From Verrucomicrobiota bacterium (GTDB lineage: Bacteria; Verrucomicrobiota; Kiritimatiellia; CAIQIC01): DNA of 64,000 nt. The position numbers and the translations under genes were made by a program. The notes beneath the pieces are model-generated. The model was given only the letters and a program-made list of their open reading frames with translations, made no database searches and was not told where the DNA came from. Positions within the stretch are counted from its first letter, which is position 1; each line of letters begins with the position of its first letter. The DNA is taken from the NCBI GenBank assembly GCA_004321905.1, contig SCQF01000046.1, forward strand, positions 25,614 to 89,613, given 5' to 3'. Shown here piece by piece: positions 19,301 to 29,240 of the stretch.

Positions 19301-19912
19301 CCGCCGTTGCGCCGCTATCCCGCACTACTGGAATTCGCCTTCGGTTCCGGCCAAGGTTGCGAGAAGTCCGCCGTGACGTTCGTCCATCCCGATGATCCCG
19401 TCAGCCGCTTGCGCGTCCACGGCAAGTTGGATCGCGTGGACTTGCTGGCCGATGACGACGGCGTCATCCGCGCGATGACGGTTGTGGACTACAAGGGCGT
19501 GAGCAAGAGCGGACTCCAAGCGGAAGAGCTGGCCGCAGAAATCATCGCCGCCCGTAATTGCCAATTGCCGGTCTATGGCCTCGTTGCACAGGCGACCTTC
19601 GGCGATGACCTCCCGTTGCTCTTGCAATATCTGCCGTATCGCGGCGACTTCAGCGAAATCCTCAAGCAAACGCCAAAGCGCTGGATCGCGCTCACCGGCG
19701 AACCGGTGGACTCCACCACGCTCGCCGAATTGATCGGCACACCGCAAACGCCCCTGATGGCGGCTTTCGCGCGGCGTATTTTCCAATGCTTGGAAATTCT
19801 TGAGCACGGTGATTTCCGTGCCGCGCCGCAAGCATGCGAACACTGTGAATTCCGCGGCTGCTGCCGTTACACCGCACCGGCGCTGGAAGGCGAAACAGAA
19901 GAAGGAGCGTAG
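16322..19912 (+). CDS. addB: AddB-like helicase/nuclease subunit (PD-(D/E)XK nuclease, Fe-S cysteines)
   Basis: FSATELETLATCPYKYY, GKLDRVD, VVDYKG and CEHCEFRGCC motifs; directly upstream of an AddA-like gene. Confidence 0.85.
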   Translation: MTGRRSESVLVVHPTSLALRQLQRRTLTHVGFFDARGHITFAGLLNSCAEAARQAGLLAGRRSASDLDYEMLLLETAQQFRAKSAAQQGPLAALAQQALEDTLDQLIAFLAPLADRIADALAILARGTPKNRALATLYQEFQAAANAMDVSTEADENAAILRLLRGDCTAWPAVLHEATAVRFVAVRAITPMLESVSHALVGKPGGTQVQIEHILEEHEQEWWGEKFLAGSCRLLFGTESAAEDAACHAAQTWSVVTSLREAYAMRDPGLAAEARTNVGFSCSAGLYGEVEDLARRICWELEQPDAHLRPEEIALVVPNVGQYADAIADVFQRFQLPYHFRRGNAVLAAPVTQAILRLLEVRATRSRDAFCALLESPWLKWERIQETEYRSQKPEVTEQLSAIRYPPSALADSIRRAGIEPEMPEAAVLALRVRNFLLAKRPPATDAQAIGDFAAQVFRLLYDKNSERRPLTKLCNQLISELRQTFGVEGQVRQFLQNSFASDDLTRQAALFNSRALTAVIAQLETLGKHKAETTMTWAELLALLRRVLRNVTVAAGSADESGVWVLNPHDAAGLHFRVTLIAGLNAGRFPALPAPSPVFSDAELRQLREALTALPQTALAPSVARRSQDNLLFLTTLATASERLVFSYQSRDETGEELQPSICFATAWRLAGWPSWEKLPSQPPDPYDRWRLKVAPEIFREFWEAARNGKDLPIWQRKPFHGESFLATRPLALCRAADEARQQAARSLAECRSPAPAGRPADAVSELVARSLTMEAERTRIFTQQALQPNQPPEHGTRFVGSITAQTWQQVRPKPRTIPDFSATELETLATCPYKYYLQRVLHLEALKTNEQEATPLALGSLVHRVMHHALLLLRGDPPPPDAPAVLADIRHGFADLCRPAFAVQTTDHPWRIMVKGPGRPVVQFQPDKTEHYAEFMAAVANAELEAEEQALASMMLGAIEQRGVVRTNLIAGCNNLLRLSLQPAEFDKSMLPPLRRYPALLEFAFGSGQGCEKSAVTFVHPDDPVSRLRVHGKLDRVDLLADDDGVIRAMTVVDYKGVSKSGLQAEELAAEIIAARNCQLPVYGLVAQATFGDDLPLLLQYLPYRGDFSEILKQTPKRWIALTGEPVDSTTLAELIGTPQTPLMAAFARRIFQCLEILEHGDFRAAPQACEHCEFRGCCRYTAPALEGETEEGA
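17467..17550. repeat. Heptamer tandem arrays, in frame in addB
   Basis: aagaata-caggaga-cagaata-cagaagt-cagaagc-cagaggt then gctatcc x3-gccatct; shares CAGGAGACAGAATA with 31264-31277. Confidence 0.8.
18575..18607. repeat. GTAG-type REP, in frame in addB
   Basis: TGTAGGAGCCCGGCCCCTGCCGGGCGA encodes CRSPAPAGR. Confidence 0.65.
19781..19795. repeat. Single palindrome unit, in frame in addB
   Basis: TTCCAATGCTTGGAA encodes FQCLE. Confidence 0.8.
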
Positions 19913-19943
19913 GGGGAATGGTGCTGATCCCTAATAGATTTTT

Positions 19944-19997
19944 GGTAGGGCGCTCGCGCCGCGAGCGCCGCGGACGGCGCGGCGCGCCGTCCCTACC
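19944..19997. repeat. GTAG-type REP doublet (REPIN-like) between addB and addA
   Basis: GGTAGGG...CCCTACC termini enclosing two GC-rich hairpins. Confidence 0.85.
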
Positions 19998-20017
19998 TAT
20001 GGCAAGAATGCTTTGAA

Positions 20018-23000
20018 ATGAGCGTAACCTTCAAAATCCAATTCAGCGCTTCCGCCGGCACGGGCAAGACCTATCAGGTGACGCAGCTCTATCTCGCCCT
20101 TGTGCTGGGCCACCCCTATCCCAAGGAAGCCGGCGAACTGATCGGAATCGCACCCGGCACGATTCATCCCGGCGGAGAACCGCTGCCATGCGAAAAGATT
20201 CTGATGCTGACCTTCTCGCGTAATGCCGCCGCCGAGTTACGGCAGCGCATCACCGCGGGCATCGAAGAGGCGCGCGCTGACGCGGAAGCCAAGCACAACG
20301 ATGAAATCGCTGCGCGCTGCTGGAATTTGCTGCATCGCCTGCCCGCCGCCGACATCTCCACCATCCACGCCTACGCGCAGCGCCTGGTGGAACAGCACGC
20401 CCTGCGGCTCGGCCTCTCGCCCGCCTTCAGCATCCTCGATGAGGACGCGGCCTCCGATTTACGTCAGGAAATTTTCGAGGCCGCATTGCACGACGCACTG
20501 GAAAACGGCAACGATGCCGACCACGCCACACGGGAGGCGCTCTGTGCCGGGCGCGGCGCAAGCGAAGTTCTCGGCGCGCTGCAAGCGTTACTGCAAAACA
20601 CACGCAGTCTTGGTCTGCGGCTGGAAAACATGGACCTTGCGGGACTGGTCGAGCAGCCCGCGCCGCCAACGCTCGAACGATTGCGCCAGTTACGGACGCA
20701 ACTCGCCACCGCCAACGGCCAGAACAAGCGCGGCAAAGCGCCACAAATTTTAGCTGACTTGGATGGCTTGCTTGCCACTGCGACCATGAATGCCGATATG
20801 GTTGCGCTAGCCGCCCATGTCGCGGAACTGGCCGAAGGACAATGGGGAAAAGATAATCCCGCGCTTTCCGCGACACGCGACGCGTTGCAGCACTTCGGGG
20901 CCTATGCCGAGCACCGCCGCGCCGCCGATGCGCTCCCGCCCTTGCTCCACCTCGTAAAAAGCGCGGCGCAGCGTTACGAAAACGCCAAGCGCGAACGCGC
21001 CGGGCTGGACTTCGACGATCTCCTGCTGCTCGCGCGCGACCTCGTGATGCACCACGCCGAGGCGCTGCCGCCCATCACCGCGATCATCGTGGACGAGGCG
21101 CAGGACAACTCGGCACTGCAAAACGAATTTATCCGCGGACTCCAAGCCGCACGCTCTGCCGCGCTCGCGCTCTGCGGCGATTGGAAGCAGACCATCTACG
21201 CTTGGCGTAACGCCGATCCCCAAGGTTTGGAACGACTCGCCAAGGAAACCAAATTACGCGGCGTACCATTGCGTCAGAGCTTCCGTAGTCAGCAGGGCGT
21301 GCTCGACTGGATCAACGACTTCTGTCGTGGCGTACTCTTTGACGAGGCCTACCGCGCTGACGACGAATTGCTGCCCTGTCCACGCGCACTGGCCACCGAA
21401 CCACCCAACATCGAGCTGCTCCTGCCGGAATGGGAACTGCAACCCGACCCGTTCGAGCCCGTTGGTAGAAAAATGCGGCTGGAACTCTCACCCACCGACT
21501 TGAAGCGGCTGGCCAAAGAAGAAAGTTTTCAAGGTTCGGAAAAACCAGCGAACGGAGTTTCCAAGAATTGGAAAACTGTGCTCGCACAGTCGGAACAAGC
21601 AATCGCGCTGGAAGCACGCGCCCTTGCCCGACGTATCGAACTTCTCACCGCTGGTCCGGCTTCCAGCGCGGCGGTTTCCAAGGTTTGGAAAAATGGTAGC
21701 TGGAGCCAACCGGAGTCGCCGCCGTACCGCCGCCGCGACATTCTGATTTTGCTCAAAGCCACCAGCCGGCAGGAAATTTATGAAGCCGCGCTACGCGAAC
21801 GCGGCATTCCGTACACGACCGACGGTAAAGGGCGCGGCTTCCTGACGCGGCAGGAAGTACAGGACATCGCCAGCCTGCTCTCATGGCTGGCGTTCCGAGA
21901 TGACCTCGTCGCGCTGCTCGCGGTCGCACGCTCGCCGTTCTGCGCGCTTTCCGATGAAGTGCTGGCCGTACTCGCGCAGGGCAGCAACGCCACAAACTTG
22001 GCCATCGCGCTGACCGGCGTGGATACCACCGCCGCGACGGCGCGACTCGCCGAATTGGGCTTGGCTGCGGAAGCGCCGACGTTTGCGCACGCGGTGGAAT
22101 TCTTCCGCCGGATGCGGCTGCTGGCCGGGCGACTCCCACCCGTGGAACTGGTGCGCGAAGCCATCCGGCTGACCGGCTTCGATGCCACACTCGCCGGCTC
22201 GTTCCACGGCGCGCAGCGGCTCGCCAACCTCAAAAAATTGCTCTCGTGGATTGAGACGCACGAACGCAGCGAAGGCCTCGACCTCGCGGGCGTCGCACGC
22301 TGGCTGACCACCGAAATTGAAAATGGCGAGGATCGGCCCGATGCGCCCGTACTCGATCCGCAGGACGACGCCGTACGCATCAACACCGTCCACGCCGCCA
22401 AGGGCCTGACCAGTCCGGTGGTTTGTTTGCCGGACCTGCGGCGTATCCCGGCCCCGGATCAGCAATGGCTTCTGCCCCACCCGACCGCCACGGGCTTGAC
22501 CATTGCGGCCAAGCTGAAAACACGCCAGCCGGACTTGCCCGACGCGCCGGAATGGAATACCAGCGATTTCGAGAATGCCAAGGACGCGGTCAAAACCTCG
22601 CGCACCGCCGAAGACCAGCGGCTCTTTTATGTGGCCGCGACGCGTCCGCGCGATCTGTTGGTATTCTCGGGCGAGAATGCGCATCGCACTGCGACGTGGC
22701 GCGGCGCGCTCAACCACTATCTGCTCGCCGACTCCGAACGCGCGCTGCGCCTGATGACATTGCGCGATTACCGCCAGTTGGAAGAGGAATGGCGCGCGGC
22801 GGGACTGGCCGCACCACGCACCGTACCTGCCGGCGAGATCAGCGCGACGCAACTGGCCGAGCAAACCGCCCTGCCCGAGCGCCCGCCACACCCGGAACTC
22901 TACCGCTATTCGGCCACGCTGCTTGCCAGCGTGCCGACGACCGATGACCCCGCCGCGCTACGGGAATTTATCGAGGAAGATTTGGCTGGGTTGCAAACGC

Positions 23001-23659
23001 CGCACTCCACGCGCCGCGCCGCCGCCACAGAGGATAGCCGCGCGGAGCGTATCACTACCGGCGTACGCGCCCATGCCGCGCTACGCGCCGCGCCGCTCCA
23101 AGACAGTCAACCCGCCACACCGAAGACGGCCACAGCCAGCGCCTTGGCGTGGCTGCGGAAAAACTGCGGCGACCTGCCGCCCGCTCACGTACTGCGCGAA
23201 CTGCCGTTCGTCGCCCGCTTTTCGCACGATGGCGCGGTGGCGCTGGTGGATGGCGCGGCGGATTTGGTTTTCTGGCGCAACGGCGCGTGGCACATCGTGG
23301 ACTATAAATTCACCGAGCAAACACCGGACGAATTGCGGCAGCGCTACGCCTTGCAACTGGCAATCTATGCCGCCGCGCTCTTCACGCCCGATGGGCTGCC
23401 GCGTTTTGCCCACACAACGAATAGCGGCGCCCTCGGAGAGGCCGCTCTACCGAAAAAAGGTAGGGTGCGTTCTCCGAACGCGCCGTCTTTGAAATTGAGC
23501 TTGCTGCGTTGCAGCCGCGATTTCCAATGTTTGGAAATTCCGTTTGCTGATTTTCCAAGCCTTGGGAAAACCGCCGCCGCCGTCATTGCCACCGCCCGCA
23601 TCCTGCGTAAGTTCCAACCAAGTGGAATCAGCACCGATTTTTCAGCCCGGCGGGATTAG
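20018..23659 (+). CDS. addA: AddA-like UvrD helicase with C-terminal nuclease
   Basis: ASAGTGKT, LTFSRNAAAEL, STIHAY, VDEAQD, GDWKQTIYAWR, TVHAAKGL, RLFYVAATR and IVDYK motifs. Confidence 0.9.
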   Translation: MSVTFKIQFSASAGTGKTYQVTQLYLALVLGHPYPKEAGELIGIAPGTIHPGGEPLPCEKILMLTFSRNAAAELRQRITAGIEEARADAEAKHNDEIAARCWNLLHRLPAADISTIHAYAQRLVEQHALRLGLSPAFSILDEDAASDLRQEIFEAALHDALENGNDADHATREALCAGRGASEVLGALQALLQNTRSLGLRLENMDLAGLVEQPAPPTLERLRQLRTQLATANGQNKRGKAPQILADLDGLLATATMNADMVALAAHVAELAEGQWGKDNPALSATRDALQHFGAYAEHRRAADALPPLLHLVKSAAQRYENAKRERAGLDFDDLLLLARDLVMHHAEALPPITAIIVDEAQDNSALQNEFIRGLQAARSAALALCGDWKQTIYAWRNADPQGLERLAKETKLRGVPLRQSFRSQQGVLDWINDFCRGVLFDEAYRADDELLPCPRALATEPPNIELLLPEWELQPDPFEPVGRKMRLELSPTDLKRLAKEESFQGSEKPANGVSKNWKTVLAQSEQAIALEARALARRIELLTAGPASSAAVSKVWKNGSWSQPESPPYRRRDILILLKATSRQEIYEAALRERGIPYTTDGKGRGFLTRQEVQDIASLLSWLAFRDDLVALLAVARSPFCALSDEVLAVLAQGSNATNLAIALTGVDTTAATARLAELGLAAEAPTFAHAVEFFRRMRLLAGRLPPVELVREAIRLTGFDATLAGSFHGAQRLANLKKLLSWIETHERSEGLDLAGVARWLTTEIENGEDRPDAPVLDPQDDAVRINTVHAAKGLTSPVVCLPDLRRIPAPDQQWLLPHPTATGLTIAAKLKTRQPDLPDAPEWNTSDFENAKDAVKTSRTAEDQRLFYVAATRPRDLLVFSGENAHRTATWRGALNHYLLADSERALRLMTLRDYRQLEEEWRAAGLAAPRTVPAGEISATQLAEQTALPERPPHPELYRYSATLLASVPTTDDPAALREFIEEDLAGLQTPHSTRRAAATEDSRAERITTGVRAHAALRAAPLQDSQPATPKTATASALAWLRKNCGDLPPAHVLRELPFVARFSHDGAVALVDGAADLVFWRNGAWHIVDYKFTEQTPDELRQRYALQLAIYAAALFTPDGLPRFAHTTNSGALGEAALPKKGRVRSPNAPSLKLSLLRCSRDFQCLEIPFADFPSLGKTAAAVIATARILRKFQPSGISTDFSARRD
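21527..21573. repeat. Degenerate palindrome doublet, in frame in addA
   Basis: Units at 21527 and 21559; encodes FQGSEKPANGVSKNWK. Confidence 0.8.
21676..21690. repeat. Single palindrome unit, in frame in addA
   Basis: TTCCAAGGTTTGGAA encodes SKVWK. Confidence 0.85.
23425..23485. repeat. Back-to-back GTAG-type REP pair, in frame in addA
   Basis: CGGCGCCCTCGGAGAGGCCGCTCTACC-gaaaaaa-GGTAGGGTGCGTTCTCCGAACGCGCCG encodes GALGEAALPKKGRVRSPNAP. Confidence 0.8.
23522..23568. repeat. Palindrome doublet, in frame in addA
   Basis: Units at 23522 and 23553 (31 bp); encodes FQCLEIPFADFPSLGK. Confidence 0.85.
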
Positions 23660-23890
23660 ACCATCCTTGATGGCTTTGGCGACAGCGCCACTCCGGCTAT
23701 GCACATGCCGTTTGGTATAGATGCGGCGCAGACAGGCATCCACGGTGTGGTAATTCAATTGCAAACGCGCAGCGATCTTTTTTGGGCAAGTACTTCCGCC
23801 GCGTGCTCATCGGTGCGCCGCCCTTCAACACATCCCGGAGGCCAGCCGTGATCCACTCGACGGGTTGGCCCGGACAAACGCACCGCATTT

Positions 23891-26080
23891 TCAAGCGCCC
23901 ACGACCGGCTTCAAGATCAACGCACCGAGCGGCGGCAAGGTGAGCACCACCGAGCACGACTGCCCCTGCCAAGGCGTACGCTCCGGCTGGACGCGCAACA
24001 CCGGCGCGGTGCCGCTACCACCAAAATGCGCGTCATCGGTGTTCAGCATGCAAACCAATGGCGCAGCCCCAGGCACACCAACACGATAACCAGCACGCGA
24101 CATGGGCGTGGCGTTGAAGACACAAACGAGATCGTCGCCCGGCGTTCGCCCACGGCGGATAAAACTGACGACGCTTTGCTGCGAGTCGTGGAAATCAATC
24201 CACTGAAAACCTTCCCACGAGAAGTCAACCTGGTGCAACGCCGGTTGGGCGCGCAGCAGGCCGTTGAGTTCACGCAAAAGCGCCTGGAGTCCTTGATGCG
24301 GCGCGTACTGGCACAGGTGCCAGTCCAAACTGCGATGGTAATCCCATTCATTCCACTGGCCAAATTCCGAGCCCATGAACAGCAGCTTCTTGCCGGGATG
24401 CGCATACATCAGCGCGTAGAGCAGGCGCAGGTTGGCGAATTGTTGCCAATGGTCGCCGGGCATCTTGGCCAACATCGCGCCTTTGCCGTGCACCACTTCA
24501 TCGTGCGAGAAGGGCAGAATGAAATTTTCGGTGAAGGCATAGAGCAACGAGAAGGTGATGTGGTTGTGGTGGAACTTGCGGTAGATGGGGTCCTTGGTGA
24601 AGTATTCCAACGTGTCGTGCATCCAGCCCATGTTCCATTTGAAATCAAAGCCAAGGCCGCCGAGATAAGTCGGACGTGACACCATGGGCCACGCGGTGGA
24701 TTCTTCGGCGAACGTCAGAAAGCCGGGATACTCGGTGTGTACCACCTCGTTGAACTTTTTCAGGAAACTCACAGCCTCCAGATTTTCGCGTCCACCAAAT
24801 TCGTTGGGGATCCACTCCCCTGCTTTGCGCGAATAATCCAGATAAAGCATACTCGCCACCGCATCCACGCGCAGTCCATCAATGTGAAAGACGTCGGCCC
24901 AATAGAGCGCGTTGGAGAGCAGAAACGCGCGTACCTCATTGCGACCATAGTTGAAAATCAGCGTACCCCAATCTTTGTGCTCACCCTTGCGCGGATCAGC
25001 ATGTTCATAGAGATGCGTACCGTCGAAATAGGCCAAACCGTGCCCGTCGCGCGGAAAATGCGCCGGCACCCAATCCACGAGCACACCAAGGCCGGCCTGG
25101 TGGCAGCGATCCACAAACTCCGCGAAATCCTCCGGCGATCCGAAACGCGAAGTCGGCGCATAATAGCCGATCGTTTGATAGCCCCACGACCCATCGAGCG
25201 GATGCTCCGACACCGGCAACAGCTCAATATGCGTGAACCCAAGGTCTTTGACGTACGGGATGAGTTGATCGGCCAACTCACGATACGTCAGCCAGCGATT
25301 ACGCTGCTCCGGCACACGCCGCCAAGAACCCAAATGAACCTCATAAACACTGATCGGCTGCTCGTGCCAATTCGTCCGTTGCCGATGCTCCAGCCATGCG
25401 CTGTCCCGCCACGTATGTTGCCGGACATCACAAACACGTGAAGCCGACTTCGGGCGTAGCTCCGAGGAAAAAGCATAAGGATCGGCCTTCGTCATCAACG
25501 AACCTTCGCGGCTCTTGATCTCAAATTTGTAAAGGTCACCAACCTTCAGACCCGGAATAAACAACTCCCATAAACCGGAACTTCCGCGGCTTTGCATCGG
25601 ATGAGACCGTCCATCCCAGCGATTGAAATCCCCGACCACGCTCACCCGCGCCCCGTTCGGGGCCCAGACCGCAAAGTGCACGCCCGCTTCGCCGGCGATG
25701 GTCAGCGGATGCGCGCCCATTTTGTCATAGGTGCGGTAATGCGTACCTTCGCCGAAAAGATACTGATCGAAATCCGTGATTTGTAGCGGGCACGCATACG
25801 GATCGGCGACTTCCCAACCGGTGCCATCCGAACGCGTCATGCGCAAACGATAAGCGAACGGTTCGCGGCCCGGCAACGTGATCTCGAACAAACCATCTTT
25901 GTGAATACGTTCCATCGCCTGTGCCACACCGGTGGCGGCCTCGATCACCTCCGCTTTGGCGGCGTGCGGCTGCATCGTACGGATACAAAGCCCAGCCTCC
26001 GTGACGTGCGGGCCGAGCACCTCGAACGGCGCATAGTGTTGGGCTTTGACGACGGCACGAATGGCGTCCTTGTTTATCAT
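23891..26080 (-). CDS. glgB: 1,4-alpha-glucan branching enzyme
   Basis: [35 protein letters not shown] and SHDEVVHGK motifs. Confidence 0.98.
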   Translation of the reverse strand: MINKDAIRAVVKAQHYAPFEVLGPHVTEAGLCIRTMQPHAAKAEVIEAATGVAQAMERIHKDGLFEITLPGREPFAYRLRMTRSDGTGWEVADPYACPLQITDFDQYLFGEGTHYRTYDKMGAHPLTIAGEAGVHFAVWAPNGARVSVVGDFNRWDGRSHPMQSRGSSGLWELFIPGLKVGDLYKFEIKSREGSLMTKADPYAFSSELRPKSASRVCDVRQHTWRDSAWLEHRQRTNWHEQPISVYEVHLGSWRRVPEQRNRWLTYRELADQLIPYVKDLGFTHIELLPVSEHPLDGSWGYQTIGYYAPTSRFGSPEDFAEFVDRCHQAGLGVLVDWVPAHFPRDGHGLAYFDGTHLYEHADPRKGEHKDWGTLIFNYGRNEVRAFLLSNALYWADVFHIDGLRVDAVASMLYLDYSRKAGEWIPNEFGGRENLEAVSFLKKFNEVVHTEYPGFLTFAEESTAWPMVSRPTYLGGLGFDFKWNMGWMHDTLEYFTKDPIYRKFHHNHITFSLLYAFTENFILPFSHDEVVHGKGAMLAKMPGDHWQQFANLRLLYALMYAHPGKKLLFMGSEFGQWNEWDYHRSLDWHLCQYAPHQGLQALLRELNGLLRAQPALHQVDFSWEGFQWIDFHDSQQSVVSFIRRGRTPGDDLVCVFNATPMSRAGYRVGVPGAAPLVCMLNTDDAHFGGSGTAPVLRVQPERTPWQGQSCSVVLTLPPLGALILKPVVGA

Positions 26081-26109
26081 GCCGGAACAGTAACAGAGAA
26101 TTTCCGACT

Positions 26110-26156
26110 TTCCAAGGTTTGGAAAATCTGCCGGTTACTTTTTCCAACCCTTGGAA
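26110..26156. repeat. Palindrome doublet, intergenic
   Basis: Units at 26110 and 26142. Confidence 0.9.
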
Positions 26157-26158
26157 AA

Positions 26159-29086
26159 TTATGGCTGGCGCGTAAGTCTGAAGGACTGCGATGTTTGCGG
26201 CTGGAGTTCCACCGCGGCGGCACCTTCGATGTGCCAATTAGGCGGAGGCTGTAGGCGCGCTTTGAAGTCGCCATCCACACATAGCGTCAAAACGGCGTGA
26301 TCGCGATCTTGACGTTGCCACTGAATCTTTAGTGTACCGGTTGGCAACGGCGTGACGCCTTCGACACGTTCGAGGCTGTCGAGTTGCGGCGTGACAGTGA
26401 CGCGCTGTCCACCGGGTTCATCCAACCGCACGCCCAAAACATAGCGGCTAAGAATATAGGCCGGCCCGGCTGACCAGGCGTGGCAATAGCTGCGCGTGGG
26501 ATAACGACCACCGCCCAAATTGCCGTTGGCGAACGATTCCCAGAACGTTGTGGTCTGCCCATCCAACATGCCGCCCCACAAATCGCGGATGGTGGCCAAC
26601 ATCGGCTCGATCCGGCCTGTTTCGCCCAGCAATTCGAGGAGATAGAGCGTGGCGAAGGGACTGCCAAATTGGACGACGTTGTTCGTTGCCTGCCCCAGCG
26701 CAATCGCCAAAACGCGTTGCTGACGTTCCGGCGGCACCACGCCGTGGAGCAACGCAAGCGTGTTGATCTGTCGTGAAACACTGGTGCTGCGCGAACCATC
26801 GTTGTGGATGCTATCCACATAGGCGCCGCGCGTTTCGTCCCAAAGATAGCGGTTGATGTTTGCGGTCAGTTGATCGGCGGCGGTGCGATAGCGCGTGGCG
26901 GTCGGCGCGTCCTGCGCGACCTCGGCCATGCGTGCGCCCAGCTGCAAGGTATCCACGAGGAAGGTGTTGTTGTGCGTCACGCAATGCTGGTTGTTGTCGA
27001 GGCCGATCCAGTCGAAAAACTGCCACGCGGAAATGCTGAATAAGCCGGTCCGGGGATCAAGGTATTTGGTCAGGCAGTTGTTGAGCATCTGGCGGACGGC
27101 GGGATAGTAGGCCCTGACCAGGGTTCCCCGGTCGCCGGTGTACCAATAATTTTCCCAGCACATCCGCGCCCAGAGGAAACTCCACGCAGGGATGATGCGG
27201 CCCCAGCGGGTCGGGATGCGCATATGCACCAAGTCGTCGTGTTCCAAGCTTTGCGCGCCGAGCAATCCGCAGCGCTGCACCAACCGCGCGTCGCCAAACA
27301 TCATGTAGCACACCAACGCCTCGTTGCGGGCGTCGCCGAGCCAGAACGATTGCTCGTAGAGCGGACAATCCACGAAGGTGTCTTCCATGCAACAGAGCAT
27401 GGTTTGACGGCAAGTCTTCCAAACATTGTTAAGCAGCGCGTCCGACGAGACAAACGCACCGCGATCGGCCACCGGATAGTGTGTGAAGTTGCCGGTCACA
27501 CGTCGAATTTTTACATCGGCGGGCCGCGCGCGAACGGTCAAGGCCAGATAACGCCCGCCAAAATGCCGCATCGTCATATAACTCTGCCCGCCCGCCCGCG
27601 TGACGTAACGGAAGCTGGAACGGTTGCGCCACGACCACTGGGGCGTGCCTCCGTGGAAGCGCTCGAAAATATTCGCATCCAGCACCACGCCAGCAGGCGC
27701 GTCGAGCTCAAAACCGAGGTGCGCGTTATATTCCTGCCCCAGATCAATCATCAGCTCAAGATCATCGGTGCCGGCGGGGATCGTTGTGACTTCCGCGTTG
27801 TCAAAGACCAACCCTTGCGGATTGATAACCGTCCCCGGCCCGAGCACGTTACGGAAGCAGGTCAAACCATGCACATCTGTTGGAATCAATTCGCGCGGTT
27901 CAAGATCACGGAATTTTTGACGGAACGGTTGGAGCGCCGCCAGCGTGGAAGCCGCGCGCATTTTGCGCCACGTTTGATCCTTCGCCTGGAACGGCCCCGC
28001 CACACTCCACGGCCCTGTGCCACACGGATTACGCAAAGTAACTGACGCCTCGGCGTCCAGAACGAACTGAAATTCTTCCGTCTCCGACAGGTCATCGAGC
28101 ACCACAATGAGCGGATTAGCGCCTTGCTGCAGATGCACCGTGGCACGCTCCTGCTGCAAGAGGTCGCGCTCCACATCCACCGTCTGGCCGTTCAACCGAT
28201 ACGTGCCAAATTCAAACGCCGAACTCGGCCGCCCGATGAACGCATCCTGTTCTTTCTCGCTGACCAGTTCCGTGACGAGCACAAACCGATAGAAGTTGCG
28301 GTTGTCGGCCTTGCGCGCGATGCCCTGACAGCGGCCCAGATTGACGGTGGAAACGATTCGCGGCGCGCGCACCCGCTGTACCGATAGCACCGCGGCTGGA
28401 CGAATGCTTTCTTTTTCCAGTTGAGGAATTCCGCTCGGTTGTAAATCCTTCCATGGGCCAGCGAGTGCCGGTGCGATCTCCGCGGCGGCCAGCCAACCCG
28501 TCACGGTGCCATTCGGTTGCAACCAATCCACGCACGCTTGGCGGGCGTCATATTGTTCTTCAAACCCCACATGTGCGCTGACGACGGGACTACGCGGGTT
28601 GTGCGCGGGATCATCGCAGACTTGCCACGCACGATCTGTGACCAAAACATGTTGCCCCGCGGCATCTATCCAGTCCAACTGCGCCAAAAGTCCGGGCCGC
28701 ACCGCAATACTTTCCGCCGTGTCCCGCCCCCAATGATGCACACGCACACCGATCACGTTCACGCCGGGCTGCAAGAAACGCGCGATGTCTAACACGTCGT
28801 AGCGGTAATGCTCCGGGAAAGCACGCACGGGGCCATCGCCAACAAATTCACCGTTGATGAACACCTGATAACGCGTATCAGCCGTGATGGCCAACTGCGC
28901 CGACTGCACCGCGCCGTGGATGTCCCATTGCCGCCGGGCGAGCATCCAGCAGTTATAATCATCTTTGCTATCGGGCCGAAAAATCCATTGCGCCTGCCAA
29001 GCCGCTGGTTTTATGGGTTCGGCTGGTATCGCCGCCGGGGTGCCAAAATAAAGCAGGACCAGCAAAGGCCAGAGATTTTGTTTCAT
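26159..29086 (-). CDS. Secreted GH78 alpha-L-rhamnosidase-like glycoside hydrolase
   Basis: Signal peptide; ITADTRYQVFING; DCPLYEQSFWLGD; TTFWE; SYCHAWSAGP. Confidence 0.88.
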   Translation of the reverse strand: MKQNLWPLLVLLYFGTPAAIPAEPIKPAAWQAQWIFRPDSKDDYNCWMLARRQWDIHGAVQSAQLAITADTRYQVFINGEFVGDGPVRAFPEHYRYDVLDIARFLQPGVNVIGVRVHHWGRDTAESIAVRPGLLAQLDWIDAAGQHVLVTDRAWQVCDDPAHNPRSPVVSAHVGFEEQYDARQACVDWLQPNGTVTGWLAAAEIAPALAGPWKDLQPSGIPQLEKESIRPAAVLSVQRVRAPRIVSTVNLGRCQGIARKADNRNFYRFVLVTELVSEKEQDAFIGRPSSAFEFGTYRLNGQTVDVERDLLQQERATVHLQQGANPLIVVLDDLSETEEFQFVLDAEASVTLRNPCGTGPWSVAGPFQAKDQTWRKMRAASTLAALQPFRQKFRDLEPRELIPTDVHGLTCFRNVLGPGTVINPQGLVFDNAEVTTIPAGTDDLELMIDLGQEYNAHLGFELDAPAGVVLDANIFERFHGGTPQWSWRNRSSFRYVTRAGGQSYMTMRHFGGRYLALTVRARPADVKIRRVTGNFTHYPVADRGAFVSSDALLNNVWKTCRQTMLCCMEDTFVDCPLYEQSFWLGDARNEALVCYMMFGDARLVQRCGLLGAQSLEHDDLVHMRIPTRWGRIIPAWSFLWARMCWENYWYTGDRGTLVRAYYPAVRQMLNNCLTKYLDPRTGLFSISAWQFFDWIGLDNNQHCVTHNNTFLVDTLQLGARMAEVAQDAPTATRYRTAADQLTANINRYLWDETRGAYVDSIHNDGSRSTSVSRQINTLALLHGVVPPERQQRVLAIALGQATNNVVQFGSPFATLYLLELLGETGRIEPMLATIRDLWGGMLDGQTTTFWESFANGNLGGGRYPTRSYCHAWSAGPAYILSRYVLGVRLDEPGGQRVTVTPQLDSLERVEGVTPLPTGTLKIQWQRQDRDHAVLTLCVDGDFKARLQPPPNWHIEGAAAVELQPQTSQSFRLTRQP

Positions 29087-29144
29087 ACCGTGGGCTCCAG
29101 AAATGTACATTGCGGGAAAGCGTATAACAAAAACCGAACGGACT

Positions 29145-29188
29145 TTCCAAGGTTTGGAAAACCGAAAGCACACTTTTTCCAAGCCTTG
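29145..29188. repeat. Palindrome doublet, intergenic (second unit truncated)
   Basis: Units at 29145 and 29177. Confidence 0.85.
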
Positions 29189-29240
29189 CCCCCCCCACCC
29201 GCTCACGCTGCCGATAACATTCGACGTACGAGTCGCCGGC

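Noticed and set aside
16322..23659. AddAB-like pair as a novel defence system
   Set aside because: Domain order and motifs fit ordinary AddB/AddA recombination-repair enzymes.
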